This document shows, piece by piece, positions 23,521 to 37,465 of a DNA stretch of 64,000 nucleotides. Within the stretch, counting starts at the first letter, position 1; every line of letters begins with the position of its first letter. Made by a program: the position numbers and the translations under genes. The stretch lies in assembly GCF_000150275.1 (NCBI RefSeq), contig NW_002060978.1:186001-250000 (forward strand). Direction: 5' to 3'. Under the pieces are notes generated by a model, which was given only the letters and a program-made list of their open reading frames with translations, searched no databases and was not told where the DNA came from. Origin of the DNA: Trichoplax adhaerens (lineage: Eukaryota > Animalia > Placozoa).

Positions 23521-26009
23521 GCCTTCATCAAAAAAGAATCATACAAAAATCTCACTCAATTCTTAAAACATTTAAATGATCCTTTGAAATCATTCTCAGA
23601 GATGATCGATGTAAGGAGCAAATTTTGTTCTATAAGGCTAATTTTAGATGATATTCGATCAAATTGAATAGAGAATATTTAACTAATAAGAACCAGTCTG
23701 CACAAACTGAACAACTTCTAAAAGATGTGGAAGAATTTCGTATGAATTTAGATTATTTAGTAGACATGAGAATTATACGTGTAGCTGAATTAAGTTTAAA
23801 AGATGAGACAGCGCTACAAAGAAATTTCTTCCATGATATTGAGTTAACCCAAGAAAGTATTAATAAAATATTTGACATATATGCACGTTTCGTCCACCCT
23901 GATAAATTTAATGCTTATCTCAGGTATCATGATGTCGTCAATACAGTGATGCAACTATTAAATCGAGAGAAATAGTCGGTTTACAACATGTGAGTATACA
24001 GTTAGCTATCCATGAACGGATTGAAATGCATAAGAGTCAAGGAGATAAATATCTACAACGTCTCATTGAATGGCAAAATGAGGTTAAAGATCAATTCCAA
24101 CGCCTAAGAGTGTTAAAGCCTGAAGATTACAAAGGTACGGATAAAGAACAAATTTACAAGCAAAAATAATATTATGCAGATAAGGCCTATCAGGAATATC
24201 GATCTGTGGGCCGGCTAATCGATGAATTAGCGGTTGAAAATATCAATTTATCGCATACTGATTGCATGTGTTGAAAGCACGAACAAGTTAATATTCGAAA
24301 AAATAGCAATAGTTTCGCGTGTCGCAGAGGACTTTCTCGGGTCGTAGTTGTACGCCATTGGTGTCCTTCGTATCGTAACCTACTGCTTTCACAAGTATGA
24401 AATAGTGGATAAGGAGATTCAAGAAATTGAAAAGATTCTGTCTACAGTTCAATCCAAGTGTAAAGAAAATAATTCTCAACCGCATAGCGAACTACCCATC
24501 GCCACTCAAGTCATTACAAAAATACTATCAGCGGAGATTCTACGACAATTTTCCCAACACCACTGTGTAATAGCCAGAAATACAACAGTTGGAAGCTTAA
24601 CTCGCCGACTTTTACACTATAATGAGTCCAAACGTTACTACATTAAATCGTTAAGCTTATATCCTACACTTGCAGCATGCTGGAGCATTACGGAGTGCGA
24701 TTTAATCTGTAGTCGAAACAAAGCGGCAATAGATTTTCTAACGTATCGTTGCCTGAGGCCTGAAATCTAAAATTATCGTCGGAACCCCAGTTATGGTATT
24801 ATTTAGCAAGGGCTTATCGAGGCCTGCAGCAGTTTGATGTTGCAGCTAAAGTGATTAATAAGGCTTTAAGTTTAGACCCATGTAATAAGGCTTTCAATAA
24901 AGAAAAATCGAGACTTATAAATATACAAAAAGTGGCCTAAATAAAAAGCGCCTATCGCAGCATGATATTTCCCAGCTTGACAAGGTAATTTATTGAAGAC
25001 GCCTGGACTTATCTTCAACCAGTGCCTATAGTATCTTTAAGTATTGATGGTGGAGGTATTCGAGGAATTATTCCGGTAGTTGTTTTAAGCGAAGTGGAAC
25101 TATGTACGCATCGACCCATCAGTCATATCTTTAATTTAATATCCGCGACATCAACAGGAGACATTATCGCACCCGGTCTTACCATTCCTAAATGTCGTTG
25201 GAATTGTAACCCGAAATATCAAGCCGCTGATATTTTATCGTTATATAGAGACGAATTGCATGATATATTTCGTAAAAGACCAGCATTGCATATACTTTTC
25301 AACTTTAAAAGTCATAACTATAGTGGTACACGTTTAAAAGATAAATTCGATTCCTATTTCGGTGATATTAAGTTATCTGAACCTTTAGTCGATGTTGATA
25401 TACCAGCCTACAATTAAACAGAACTAGTCTTGACAATTTATTTTACACGTAGCGAGGACTTAAAGACATCCACTAAAGAATTTTAGAGTATTAGATGTCT
25501 CCTTAGCAACCACCGCCGCTCCTACCTATTTTACTTCGCATAGATCGATCAAGAATATGGAAACGAAGCTTACGAATATGATGCGAAACCATCAAAAGTC
25601 TTCATAGATGGCAAAGTTCATGCTAATAATCCGGCTGGTTATTGCTATAAATATGCTCTTGATCAAGGTATTAAGAAAGAAAATATCTACATGTCGTCAT
25701 TGGGAACAGGCGATTGTGTTGATGGTATTCTTTGGCCGAAAAAAACACCAAGGTAAATTATTTTGGGCAGCGAACTGGCATCATGTACTCAATGCTCAGC
25801 AAACAACATAGGTGATCAACTTTTATTCCGTTATGGGATATCGTTGTAGGCGTTGGCAATATTGATTGGAGAATCCTGTCCAATTAGATGATATATCTGA
25901 TGATAGTATCAATTTTTTGATCAAGGCTGGTCAGGAACTTATCGAAGATTTAAGATCCGATGATAATAATTCGTAGAATCGAATGATTGAACATTTAACT
26001 AAATCTTAA
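23521..26009 (+). pseudogene. Decayed paralog of the J-like/TPR/patatin gene (main body)
   Basis: Collinear homology from AFIKKESYKNLTQFLKHLNDP (matches SYISDELYQLLKNFIESIKSP) through FVHPDKF, LYAIGVLRI, YYIKSLSLYPT, SIDGGGIRGIIP, ATSTG and DGKVHANNPAG to RMIEHLTKS* at 26009. Many stops and frameshifts. ORF-track fragments 23664, 24348, 25022 and 25608 overlap it. Confidence 0.93.
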
Positions 26010-28195
26010 TTAAGTTTATCATAGCACTATACAGACATGATTACTTTGTAACAACAGCTTCGTCCCTTAATCAATTGAGCTGCCAGCAAGTCTAGTATCA
26101 TAGTATTAAAATATAGTTTACAATATAGAGAGGAATTGCAAGGAAGTTGGCAGCTCAGTTCTTACTCTTTATGCGAGAAAGAATAAATCTGAGATAGCCC
26201 GGTACAATGGCAAATAGGAAAATCGTGTTTCATTAATTTCTAATACCAAAGTGACTTCAACTGTTAACTTTAGTAATAAAATACGTTATCTTTTTATAAT
26301 AGTTAATCATAAAAAGAAGTATATTATTACGGGAAATTCATTTAACTATTAGGATTTGTTCAGCAACCAATACAAGAAATGATAATTTTACTCAGATATA
26401 TTGGCAAGATTATCTTTAGACTTTAATATCGATCCATCGCCTCTACTCTACCAACTTGGCTTTAAGATGCTAAATCATTGAAAAATTTTCTAAATCATCG
26501 TTTACAAATTTATTAACATCTTACTCCGGTATTAAATATGAATACCATTAGGTAGAAACCTAGGAAGCTTTTAGTTATTGCTCCATTTTGTCAATAATGC
26601 CGCAAACTAAATAGAATCCTAAATTTAAAGCCATTATTGCTATCTTGCAATTGGGTGATTCATATACCCCATTGCAAATGATTTTTTATAGTTAGAAGCC
26701 ACAATTTTTGCATTGATAATAATATTGCTATACTCGTATAATACTTTCGTATACTTTCTTAGTAGCTTGACTTGCATTACATTCAATCTAGCTTACATAG
26801 TGTTGTAGTCAAGCCATAAATTGTTATTTCTGAGTGGTATCAGCTCAAAAGTAATTAAATTTGTCGATCCAATTTTGCGATTCTATGATGGCTTTGCTAG
26901 AATTTAGTTAATTAAATCAAGGAATTTTACGAGTTATACTATTGAAATGCTTGCAGAATAAAGTGGGTATACTATCATACATGTTTTAAGGAAGTAACAA
27001 TACTAGTTTCATACTCATCTTTCGATTGCGTAGTTTAGTTGAGGAATCATTCGATCATCTTTAATGTGTGCTTACTGTAGCAATCGCTAGCAAACAATTT
27101 GAAATAAGTCGATTCTCGAGCATCATTCAGGCAGCATCCGCAGACGCCATCTTAACCAATTTTTGATAAGAATAAACAATTGTGTCAATTGTTTTGGCAT
27201 GATTATCTTAGACTTTAATATCAAAATATTTATGATTTTCCCAATTTTAGAATTTATAGGTTATTGGTTAGATTACCGCAGAGGGCTGTACTCTATGCTT
27301 GTATAGTAAAATCTTGCATTTAACGTCTATGATGATATCTTTGGATAATTATGTTTACATTGGCCTAAACGAACAATGCTGTGTGATCCTTAGATTGATT
27401 TGCTGTTGGAATTAAGCCTAACCAATTATATACTATGCTGCAGTTATGACATAACAGACAACAAAAATACACTCACGTTACTACTAACGGAGCACGCTAA
27501 CAGGTTTATTGTTCATTTCTTTCCAATACATTGTGTTAGACACAATTTAAATATAATATGGAAAACCAAATCAATTCCAAAAAGAATCGCACAATTAATT
27601 CTTTTGAATTTAAATGAAAATTACAGCCAGAACGATATTTAACTAAAAATAATTATTAGGAATATGAAATGTTATTAGTATTTAATTACAATTATATGAG
27701 TAAAGGTTCATAGAGTCATGCAGCTTACCGGTCAATCACACAAAATGATGAAAAGATTACTACATTGACAAACATCTATTGATTCTAATATAAGCCGTTT
27801 GTAAGAATAACGTCGCCTAAAACGACATTTTGTACTCTAATGCCATATTTCGAATCAAAGATATCTGTATTCATTAAGGAATTATTATGAGAAAACAGAT
27901 AGGCATAGAATTTATAGAGCAACCATAGCGATTCATTCTAGTCTGTCTATTTATCATTCAATTTTAAGTTAAGACAACGCTATTGCGAAAGCATCACTAA
28001 TACGCTCTTAGCGCTAGTTTTAGCTTGCATTATCTTCAGAAAATTGTTATATTAAATTATCACAAGAAAGCAGCTATTTCTCTTCAGTTGTACATTATTC
28101 ACTATATCTTTGTCTAAAAGTGCTGTAGCACTAAGGTAAATTAAAATTGTATCATAAATCTTTTTTAATTCTTACTTTTAATATTATTACATATT

Positions 28196-31100
28196 TTAAT
28201 GAAACTGGATGGCTCCTGGATCTTGGTCAGTTGATGCAGCAATATGCCTTAAAATATCCTTCTTAGTAATAAGACCCATTACACGCCTAAGGCAATAAGA
28301 TGATATAGATCGTAATAGGTACATAGCTCAAAATAATACATTCAATCTAATACACCTACCCCTTGTGAATAACTAGAACTTTGCGTGTACCCAACATACG
28401 AAATATATCCAACACAGTATCAAAAGATGTCTCCAGGGTAACCTGTAGCGGAGTCTTCAATAAAGTTATTGGGACAATTAAAAGTCTCAATAATTTCGAA
28501 ATTGCTTAATCTTCTAATTAAAGAACGGTATACTTTATCCGATAACATACCAGATCAACAATTTCTTTAAGCAGTAGTGGAGATGGATCATGTTGCGCAG
28601 GTATTTTATCGGAAAAGTACACTTTAGATTCTACGGTTATATTACTATTCGTTTCTAAGGCAAAATCTGTATTTGAAGTTAAGCATGGACAACCATCAGT
28701 AAAATTTCATCATTAATTGTAACAACGTACATATAGCATTACCGAGACGATGTTTCAAATCTTTCCTAGTAATAAAACCGATCAATTGTTGTGATTCGCT
28801 TGAATAAACAAGTGGATATCCTTGATAGGGGCATTCCTGCATTAATTCAACTGCAGACAATATCCCGTATACAGATAAAGGTTAGTTTGTATTTCTTTCG
28901 GTTTTGAAATTGATAATTCAACTCAATTACTAACGCAATGATCCAACAGTGTTTCCATTGTAATTGATAGTCACAAGTATAGTGGGTTTACTGCGAAAAT
29001 AAGATATTAAAGGGTTTAGTTCTCTGCTTTTTACAAAATCGAAGTGATAAAGAATCTTGCCAAAGTAATGTACCGTGGCTGCATAATCTCCGAAGCATTG
29101 GCAGTGAATTTAACTTCTTCTTTGCTATCTAAGAACGGATATCCATTCAATCGAATGTGGCCGTCGTAGCTGTATAGAAGTTAAAGTTTCTTGTTTGTGT
29201 TGAATATGTAAGCTTTAAATAAACACACTAAAACTATGCAAATGCTATTGATAGGATACATTCCTCCCTCGACGAAAGCATCGCCAACCCATTTACTAGT
29301 CATTACAGCAAACATAATCGGAACAATATACTGCAAGCCGCCGGTCAATTCAAACATTATGACCACCAATGATACTAGTTTGCAATATCAATAGAATCAT
29401 CTTCAATGTTTTGAAACTGTTCAAAAATTATCCTACTCAACCTACAGTATATTCTACTCCATACTCATAGAACAAAAAAAGTTTAAGGTTATACCTGTCA
29501 TCTTAGTAACGCCACCTAGAGTTGCTGCAGCTCCAACCATTGAATAAAGGCCAGGTTGAACGCAAACACGGCCAGGATGACACGCCAATTTGAAAAAGAA
29601 AGTATCAGGATTGTAGCTATTGAGAAATATTAAATCAACTTTAAGAATATCTCAATCATTGTAAGGTGCTTAGAAACATTCAATACAGTTCTGTTAAGGT
29701 CATCTGCTTTAAGAAATTGACACTTACTAGTACCATTGCTCCATTGCCACTCCCAATATGCGACCAAAGCAAGCACCAACAGCCATGCTGGGAATAAATA
29801 ATCCAGCAGGTATCTACAGTACGTTAACAATATTATATCATTTTATTACAATCAGGCTTCGCCAAAAGATGATTGCTATTGGTTGTACCTTAATACCAAA
29901 GGTAAAAATAGTGACGAAAGCTTTTAATAGCATGGCAAGAGCCAGTAACCATAATGATCGTAAGACTTGCGGTCCAGCAGGAAGAGTAGGAAAGTTTGCT
30001 CTATCATTTGTGTTAATGACATAGGTCCCATTATTGATGTAATTGCTGTCGATTAATAGGTGTAGGTACATAAGAATTGCTCAGTAATCTGGCATAGCTA
30101 ATCTTGTGAAGATAGTACAGTATAATGAATGCAGCATTTGTAAACTAACCATAAAGGAGTCGAATCCGATTGATCGCACTGCTGAAATAGGTGACGTATC
30201 AAGCTGCTGGTATTTTCTCTAATTTATTCCAAAGTATGGTGGTCAAATAAGCGATTATTACATTTTAAAATATGATTCAGTAAATTATCTTTAGCAATCG
30301 CTACTTACTTTGTATAAGGATTTAAATAGCTTAAAAGCGCAGTAACAACCGTGACAACCACAACCTTGATGACAGGATAAGGCCATTAGCAAAGTTGTAT
30401 GATAAACTGAAGGTAAAGAGTTATTGTAAATTCACAGAAATCGTATGTAGTATAAACCTCTGCAACTGGAAAGCGTTTCAGTGCACTATTTTTGCGAAAG
30501 TTAGACCACATAATATTAAATTTAATAAAAAATGCGCCATATAAGCCCTAGGCCATTAAATCAATTGGGGTTGTAATTAAATAGGTTAGTTTATAGAAAT
30601 AGCGGCACGAAATTGACGAAACAAAATAAGCACATATACCCCAAATATTCCCAAAACGATGAAAGGAATTAGTTCAAATAAATGCCACACCATATCGTAG
30701 CTGACTTCAAACCTAACAAGGTGGCCATTACCGTAAGGATTTATATAACTTAGAACTATAGCTGCCATTAATGCAGAAAAGAATGAACGCCACATTGTTT
30801 TCAGGGGGAAGTAGTAGCTAACCTATGGTACATAGCAAATAAATTGCAGATAAGACTAGAATAGCCAATTTAAATAGAGCGTCCCTATAAGAAGATATAA
30901 TTTTTCACGAGTACTTTTCACAGTACTTCTATAACGTGATTATTTATGTAACAAGGCTTACAGGTTATGAATAGTTTAAGGAATAAAATTTATGTACTAC
31001 CTCTTCAAGACTAAAAAGTATCCCCCCAATTGGGGCTCCAAAAGCAACAGAAACTCCAGCAGCAGCAGCAGCAGATAATATCTAGGTTGAAAGTTTAGTT

Positions 31101-33560
31101 TCAATACAGAAGTGCGTTGTATATTGCCAATTAACATTATAAGATACAAATGGGCCCGAGTAGAACACTGTTAACATAACATCTCTATTTATCGCTTAGG
31201 CATTACTATAGCTGTCAAGTTCGAAAGATATAGCTGCTAATGTACATGTAATGCTTTACCTCTCGCTTTTTTACTTCATTTTGACGGTATTTTGGAAATA
31301 GACGACAAAGCATGTTGCCGCAGCAGCTTGCAACATGTACCAGTGGACCTTCTTTACCAAGGCTTAGTCCTGCGGACACAACCATCATCATAGTTAACGA
31401 TTTGATCAACAGTACCCATTTACCGAGGTAACTCCTAATGACAAAACCACTAAGTATGGTTTTTATCTGCAAAATGGATTAATTAAAGAAACGAATGCAT
31501 AAGAATAAATGATTTCCAACTTACAGGCTATTATTTTACTGTCACAACTATATTGACACAAAACAGTGCTAAGCAGGACTAATATGTAGCAGCAATATAG
31601 TCAATAAAGAAATAACTTTATAGTATATGAAAAAAGTCAAAAAGTAAATCTTCCGTTAACCTCGGGTATTCCACTACCACATGCGTATGGAGCTAAATCG
31701 CGAACAAGTACAGCAGCAAGAAAGCCAAGCAAGAATGAAACCAATACATAGACAAAATATTCAAATGCAAATATGGAAGCCGAAGAGGACATGATGCCAA
31801 ATATTTGAGACCAACTCAACCATTCTGGACAGTCATTATCTGCAGTAGTGAGATTAGACGACCAACAACATGCTTTCTTATTTAACCAAAACCGTTGCGG
31901 ACAAACGCCTGTATTAATAATCAATGATAATATTCGCTCAATTTAATCAAAGCGTAACATGGATTGAGTGTTACTTCCTTCCTTATTGCTTGGCAGTTAA
32001 ATAAGTGCAATATCAACAGCAACACCCTTAAATACCAGGGTATTTACTTGTTCTCATCAGCATACTCACCTAATCGCAAATCTGTCATCCATTCGGTTCC
32101 AATATCGATTAATCCTGCACATAAGCCAGATAATATACCAACACCACTAACAATTAGCCAGCCTAGTGATTATGTATGAACCATGTCAACATTTCAGTTA
32201 AACAGATTAGATAAGCTGTAATACTTTTTTTACAGCGAAAACCTGTCAATATCTAATTATACTACTCATAGCCCCTCTGCCCATATTCAAATTTTGTTCA
32301 TTCTATATAAACTGGTTGTTGCTATGAATATGAATCCATTTATCTTTGAATTTGAATTGCTATGACAAAGTAAAGCAATTGTTTCCATCAAATCAGCATT
32401 CATATTATGATCAATGATGCAGAAACTTTCTATTGCCTTTTAACATCTACTAAAGCCTATTGGTTAGCTTTGTTGGTACTGCAATGTATCGAAAGTTACA
32501 GAATTACTTTTTATCTAGTACGAATGATGGTTATTGTAAGATAAGAGTAGTAAAGTACTGTGTTGTATCAGGTTGTATCGCAATATCATCACCATTGGTC
32601 ATGCAAGAGTCTATTTTGCTACGAACGTATTCCAGGTTATTTCATAGTTTTACGTCAAACCTCGTATATCAATAGGCAAAAACAGTCTATCTATTCGCAG
32701 TAATAGATAAACATGTTGGCAATGGCAAGAGATAACATAGTAATAGGAGTTTTACTGCGATGCATTTCAGTGTCCTCGATACCATAAGTTGTCAGGGGCC
32801 AATATTGCCAATGATCTATTTCGAAGTTCATATGACTAGCTAGCTTTATTTGTAAGATTACGTTTACGACTATTTATCGGCTTTATTAGTCAAGTTACGA
32901 TGAATAGAACAGCTTATTGCTACTCAGTACGATCGTTGTTGCAGGATAAGAGTGAAGATCAAGTTGTATCTCAGCATAATCTCTACAGTTTGACGTACTG
33001 ATATCGGCTGAATTGCACTTAAACATATGATGATAAATTGCACAGACAATTAGAATTTACTGAGATAACTTAGCGGATCGATCAATCAATGATGAATGAG
33101 AGACGTTATTTTATCCGTAGTGCAATCAAGAAGAACCCGTACTCGTACAACAGCAACATCACCCAATCAGTTATTGTAACCTACCAGACCAGGCATCATG
33201 ACTGGAAACAATCCAGTTCCACCATCCTTTCTTTTCATCGAATTTGAGAGATCGATGGCGCTTAAGATACCTCGTCCTATCACGAACCCAATCAATGGTC
33301 GTAAAATCGTCGTATTCCTTTCGATTAAAACGATGATAATGTTCATAGGGATCAATATGAGCGCCACTATGACGATTGATAGCCCGATTGGTGTCTAGTA
33401 TTTCTTCATCGTCTTGCATCATCTGACCAGTTTGGTTACCACTCCCATTGTGTTGTCTTGAATCCTCTTGATCGGATTGACGGCTTAATATTAAATCATC
33501 GTCATCTTGCAGGCGGTTATCGCTGTCATTGATAATCAATAACTGAGTATCATTCTCCAT
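28196..33560 (-). CDS. CLCN3: ClC-3/4/5-family 2Cl-/H+ exchanger with two C-terminal CBS domains, 19 exons, ~814 aa
   Basis: Exons in transcript order: 33560-33185, 32162-32070, 31908-31661, 31466-31260, 31081-31001, 30822-30640, 30547-30458, 30364-30309, 30218-30150, 30045-29889, 29813-29728, 29616-29495, 29374-29260, 29169-29074, 28990-28935, 28850-28743, 28666-28551, 28454-28360, 28286-28196. All introns are GT-AG and the total is 2445 nt in frame. Motifs: [20 protein letters not shown] (gating Glu), FSLEE (proton Glu), [28 protein letters not shown]. Probably co-orthologous to vertebrate CLCN3/4/5. Confidence 0.96.
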
Positions 33561-33939
33561 GATGAATACGTTGACTCGGAGTTAATTTCTGATATTGATC
33601 AATCAGTTATTTTACCAATGCTGTCGACTGGATGATGTACTCGTATTCTCGATCAATGTATCCTGAATGAATTAAGTGGGACCAATCGCCGCTAAGCCTA
33701 GACTCACTTTCTTTCGACCTTGGCTACTTGCACCTTTGCCAATCTATCTTGACTATTTCCCGCCTAGCCTGTATTCAACACTAATGGATGAAATGGCGTA
33801 CTAAGTAGATTGGATTTAATCACTTACTGGATATCAACCACTGCGACCTGATTTGTTGAAGGCAATATCGAGCCATTACTTACACCAGAATTTAGGTCAA
33901 GCTTTTCCACTTTCTGACTGCTGCCTCCTGTCATTGGTC

Positions 33940-34670
33940 GTACAATGTACAGTGTACAGTACTGGGAACTACAGTACTAGAAAAGAAGAGAAGGACTCAA
34001 CACCGGCATAAATTGGGCAGGCCGACTTTTTTGACAGTTATTTCCCTGTACGCTACGACTGTAATCGTACACGGCAGTGTGCAAAACTCACCTGGCAGCT
34101 ATTTTGGAGCGGCTACACAACAATTGTACTGTAGACTGTCAGGTCTCGTAGGGTGACTCGTCTTTGGAGTAGTCTCTGACCCTGACAGTACGATGTACTG
34201 TACAATTGTACTGTGCATTGTACAGAACCGTACTGTACTTTACTGCAGTACATGTAGGTACGTCTGTCTGTCTGGTATTAGTATGAGCTTGGGTGGCTGT
34301 GCGTACTGAAAGCACGGCCAGCAACGGTACTGTACTGTACTGCTAGCATGTCGTGCTTCGGATTCCACTTGCGCTCATCATGAAAGTGACGTCACCTTGG
34401 TTGATAAAGTACTGCAGTCCGTACGGTGGAAAAGAGGCACGAACTACAATGTACAGTAGTCAAATCAACGTACTGTACACTGTAATACTACAGTATACAG
34501 TACTGTACACTATCCTTTAAACTACTGTACCGTACTGTACCATGCACTGTACAGTACGGTACCAGCGACCCTGCTGGCATGACGTGCTTCAGATTCCAAT
34601 AGCACTCGTACTGTACTGATAGTGACCTTCGTTTGATTGAGGCGTAACTGTCAATTAGAGTACTGTATCC
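33940..34670. promoter_or_regulatory. TACTGTAC/GTACAGTA motif-dense region upstream of the ClC gene (probable promoter)
   Basis: Many copies of tactgtac, gtacagta and tgtaca in a locally GC-richer block 400-1100 nt upstream of the ClC ATG. Includes an imperfect direct repeat (ctgct.gcatg.cgtgcttc.gattcca) at ~34340-34376 and ~34571-34607. Confidence 0.55.
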
Positions 34671-36005
34671 TATCCTCAAAGCCTGACATGACCACATGAC
34701 CAGTTCATTATGCATCATTGAAATGACCATGCGTAGTGACTGTCCTCCTGTATGACACCGGTTAACGTCGACAATATTATTATGATTTCCAGATAGAGAT
34801 TTCTCTGCTCGGCCATGGACTGCTGGATGCTAATCCATATACTGCAACAGGGATGATCGTGATTGAACTTCTATTTCATCTTTTTGTTGATCAATACTTA
34901 AGTTAGTATATCCCTAACTGGAGAGAAAGCATGGGCCGCTTTTTCCATGATACACAGTGAGTATTGAATGTGAAAACGATGAAAAATGACGTTGAATAGT
35001 GGCTGCCATGATTGCGTATGCAGCCATGATCGCGTCTATTTCCAGCACTATTCGACAATACCATGACAACACAAACAATATTTGATTGGCACTTCTACTA
35101 CTGGCACCTTAAGTGTCAATAAACTTGACTAGGCCGACGGAATGGAGCACCGATGCATCATAATTACTCAGCATTAGTCTGCAGTATTCTGCATGGAAAG
35201 TGTTCTCGGTGTTAGAGGGGGAAAAAAAAGAAATTGGAAGTTTAATTACTAGTATTCTTGATAGGATGTTGTCATCCATTTAGTCGATCATAGCTAGAAT
35301 AAAATGTCCTGCGAGAATGCACTTGCTACCAAGAACGAAGACGATCGTTGGCTAACGATCAGATGGAGTGGATAAAATAGGAGACTAACTATTGCAAAGA
35401 CTTAAAAGATACGGTCTATATTCATTGATGCCAAGTCATGCAGTCAAGAGGAAGAATTGTTCCATTCTCAATTGACATCACCGTAGTAGTAATATCGATT
35501 CGATGGACACCAACAACATCCAATGAATACGGATGATTTCAATCTCAGAGATTTGTTGTCATGCTGAGTAGATCGAGATAGAGTATTACTTTATTGATTC
35601 GATAAACGAAGCACGAATAACAATCTTGAATAAGCAGAACGATTACAAGGAGAATAGAAATCACTTTGTACTATCCGACAATACAGGAACAACCTGTTTG
35701 CAAGATAGGGAAGATTGATTAATGGATTGATTTCAAGTTAATGAATACACTATTACTACCACGGGCTAGTAACAAAATAGTGTTGCAATCTCATCAAAAA
35801 GTTTCTTCTTGACTTGGTAAAATTCAATTCAACCTTAGCTGGCCTAATACCATTAGCATACACAAAAATCTGTTTCAACAATAAGATGGAATACAACTTC
35901 AGATAAATGCACTTCTTACATGGGTTATATTATGGAATACTTAAGGGGATCTCTACTTTCTCTATTCACTAGTAAACCTTTTACGTTATTACCTAGGCAA
36001 ATGAA

Positions 36006-36202
36006 TCAGTGAAAGATTTCTCTAATAGTCAATACTTAAAATTACATCAGCTACATTTAAAATTTGTATTGTCAACAGTAAAAGGTAGTAGTTGAGCGAT
36101 TGACTCAGTGAAAGATTCCTCTAATAGTCAATACTTAAAATACAGCAGCTACATTTAAAATTTGTATTGTCAACAGTAAAAGGTAGTAGTTGAGCGATTG
36201 AC
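36006..36202. repeat. Near-perfect tandem duplication of ~99 bp
   Basis: tcagtgaaagatt...gttgagcgattgac occurs at 36006-36104 and 36105-36202 with only a few differences. Lies just 3' of thioredoxin copy 1. Confidence 0.95.
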
Positions 36203-36276
36203 TGCCATGCTACGACAATATCAATGAATACTTTTCTAAGCCTACTCATATTTTAGACTTACCTTAAATGGGTCAA

Positions 36277-37465
36277 TTAATCTTGCCCAGCTATTTTCAT
36301 GTATTCCTTAAAGTTTTCAATAAGTTTGCTTTCATCAGCCCCAATAACTGTTGCTTTCTGTCAGGGTAAAAGTTGTAGACAGTTACAGCAAGTAGGAGCA
36401 CGGTTAATACGTTATCATAGCGTAAAATCTCATACATTAAATTAAACTAAGGTTAATCTTTCCGCGTGAAAAGTTATTGCTATAAGTGATCAACAGCGGA
36501 ATACCTTTTCCCCTTTAATATAAAACAGGAATGTCGGCATGCTCCTGATACCACAGGTTTCGGTAGTCTCCTATTTTAGGGGAAAAATGGATCAATTTTA
36601 GCGATTAAAGCCCAATAGTGACTGGACGGAATAGCCTAAACCAACACTGTAGATTAAAAGCTATAATTTTGCCATGAAGTAGAGAAATTAGACTGCTACA
36701 ATCATATTATAGATTCCTGGCAAAAACTGACCACTGCAATAAGTGTCACCTAACGATACATCTAGATTGTAGATGATCCTGTTTTTTCGCTATAACTAAA
36801 AGCTGTTTACCGTGTAGAAGCTCTATCGATATGTTGCAATAACCGTTGACATAGTTAGCAACAACGTATAACAGTAACTACCAATACTTACACTATTTTC
36901 ATCAACATCGACCTTCAGAAAGACAACATTGCTATATTCTGGGTCATCACTCATTTCCTAGAAATGAACAAAGTGGGAGGGCAAAAATAAGACGAAGAAA
37001 CTATTACGACTTCATGGCCTACGGTACTACAACTGAAGCAGTCATTGTAATTGAAGTAAAATTGATCTCAAAGTAAAACCTCAAACTTTGGGCTTATCTT
37101 GCGACATGGTCCACACCAGTCTGCATAAAAATCGATAACAACCAATTTGCCACCAGCGGCTGCAAGGGCGCTATCAAAATCCTCCTAGTTAAACGTTACA
37201 ACAACATGGTTACGAACCATAATTCCAATATGACAAGGCTTAGCATAATGGCATATCCCACAATTTTTTCCATTACAAAAAATATCAATCCTTCCTCTTG
37301 GATATGGACAAAATTCGATGATCATTGTAGGCTACGCACTTTCAGTAAAATTAGATAATGCTACTGACAGGCTTTCATAAATTAGAAAGGTCAATTCCAA
37401 AGGTTTAATAGCGAGAAATGCGAAGATTGATATCTTACCTTGGTTTTTACAGGCTTAACCACCAT
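36277..37465 (-). CDS. TXN: Thioredoxin, copy 1 (5 exons, 114 aa)
   Basis: Exons 37465-37439, 37184-37080, 36957-36892, 36570-36505, 36357-36277, all phase-0 GT-AG. Protein: [114 protein letters not shown]. Canonical WCGPC active site and cis-Pro MPTF. Confidence 0.95.

Noticed and set aside
34139-34730. ORFs rich in Y/S/T/V/C/Q (also 51837-53070)
   Set aside because: By-products of the TACTGTAC motif clusters, not proteins.
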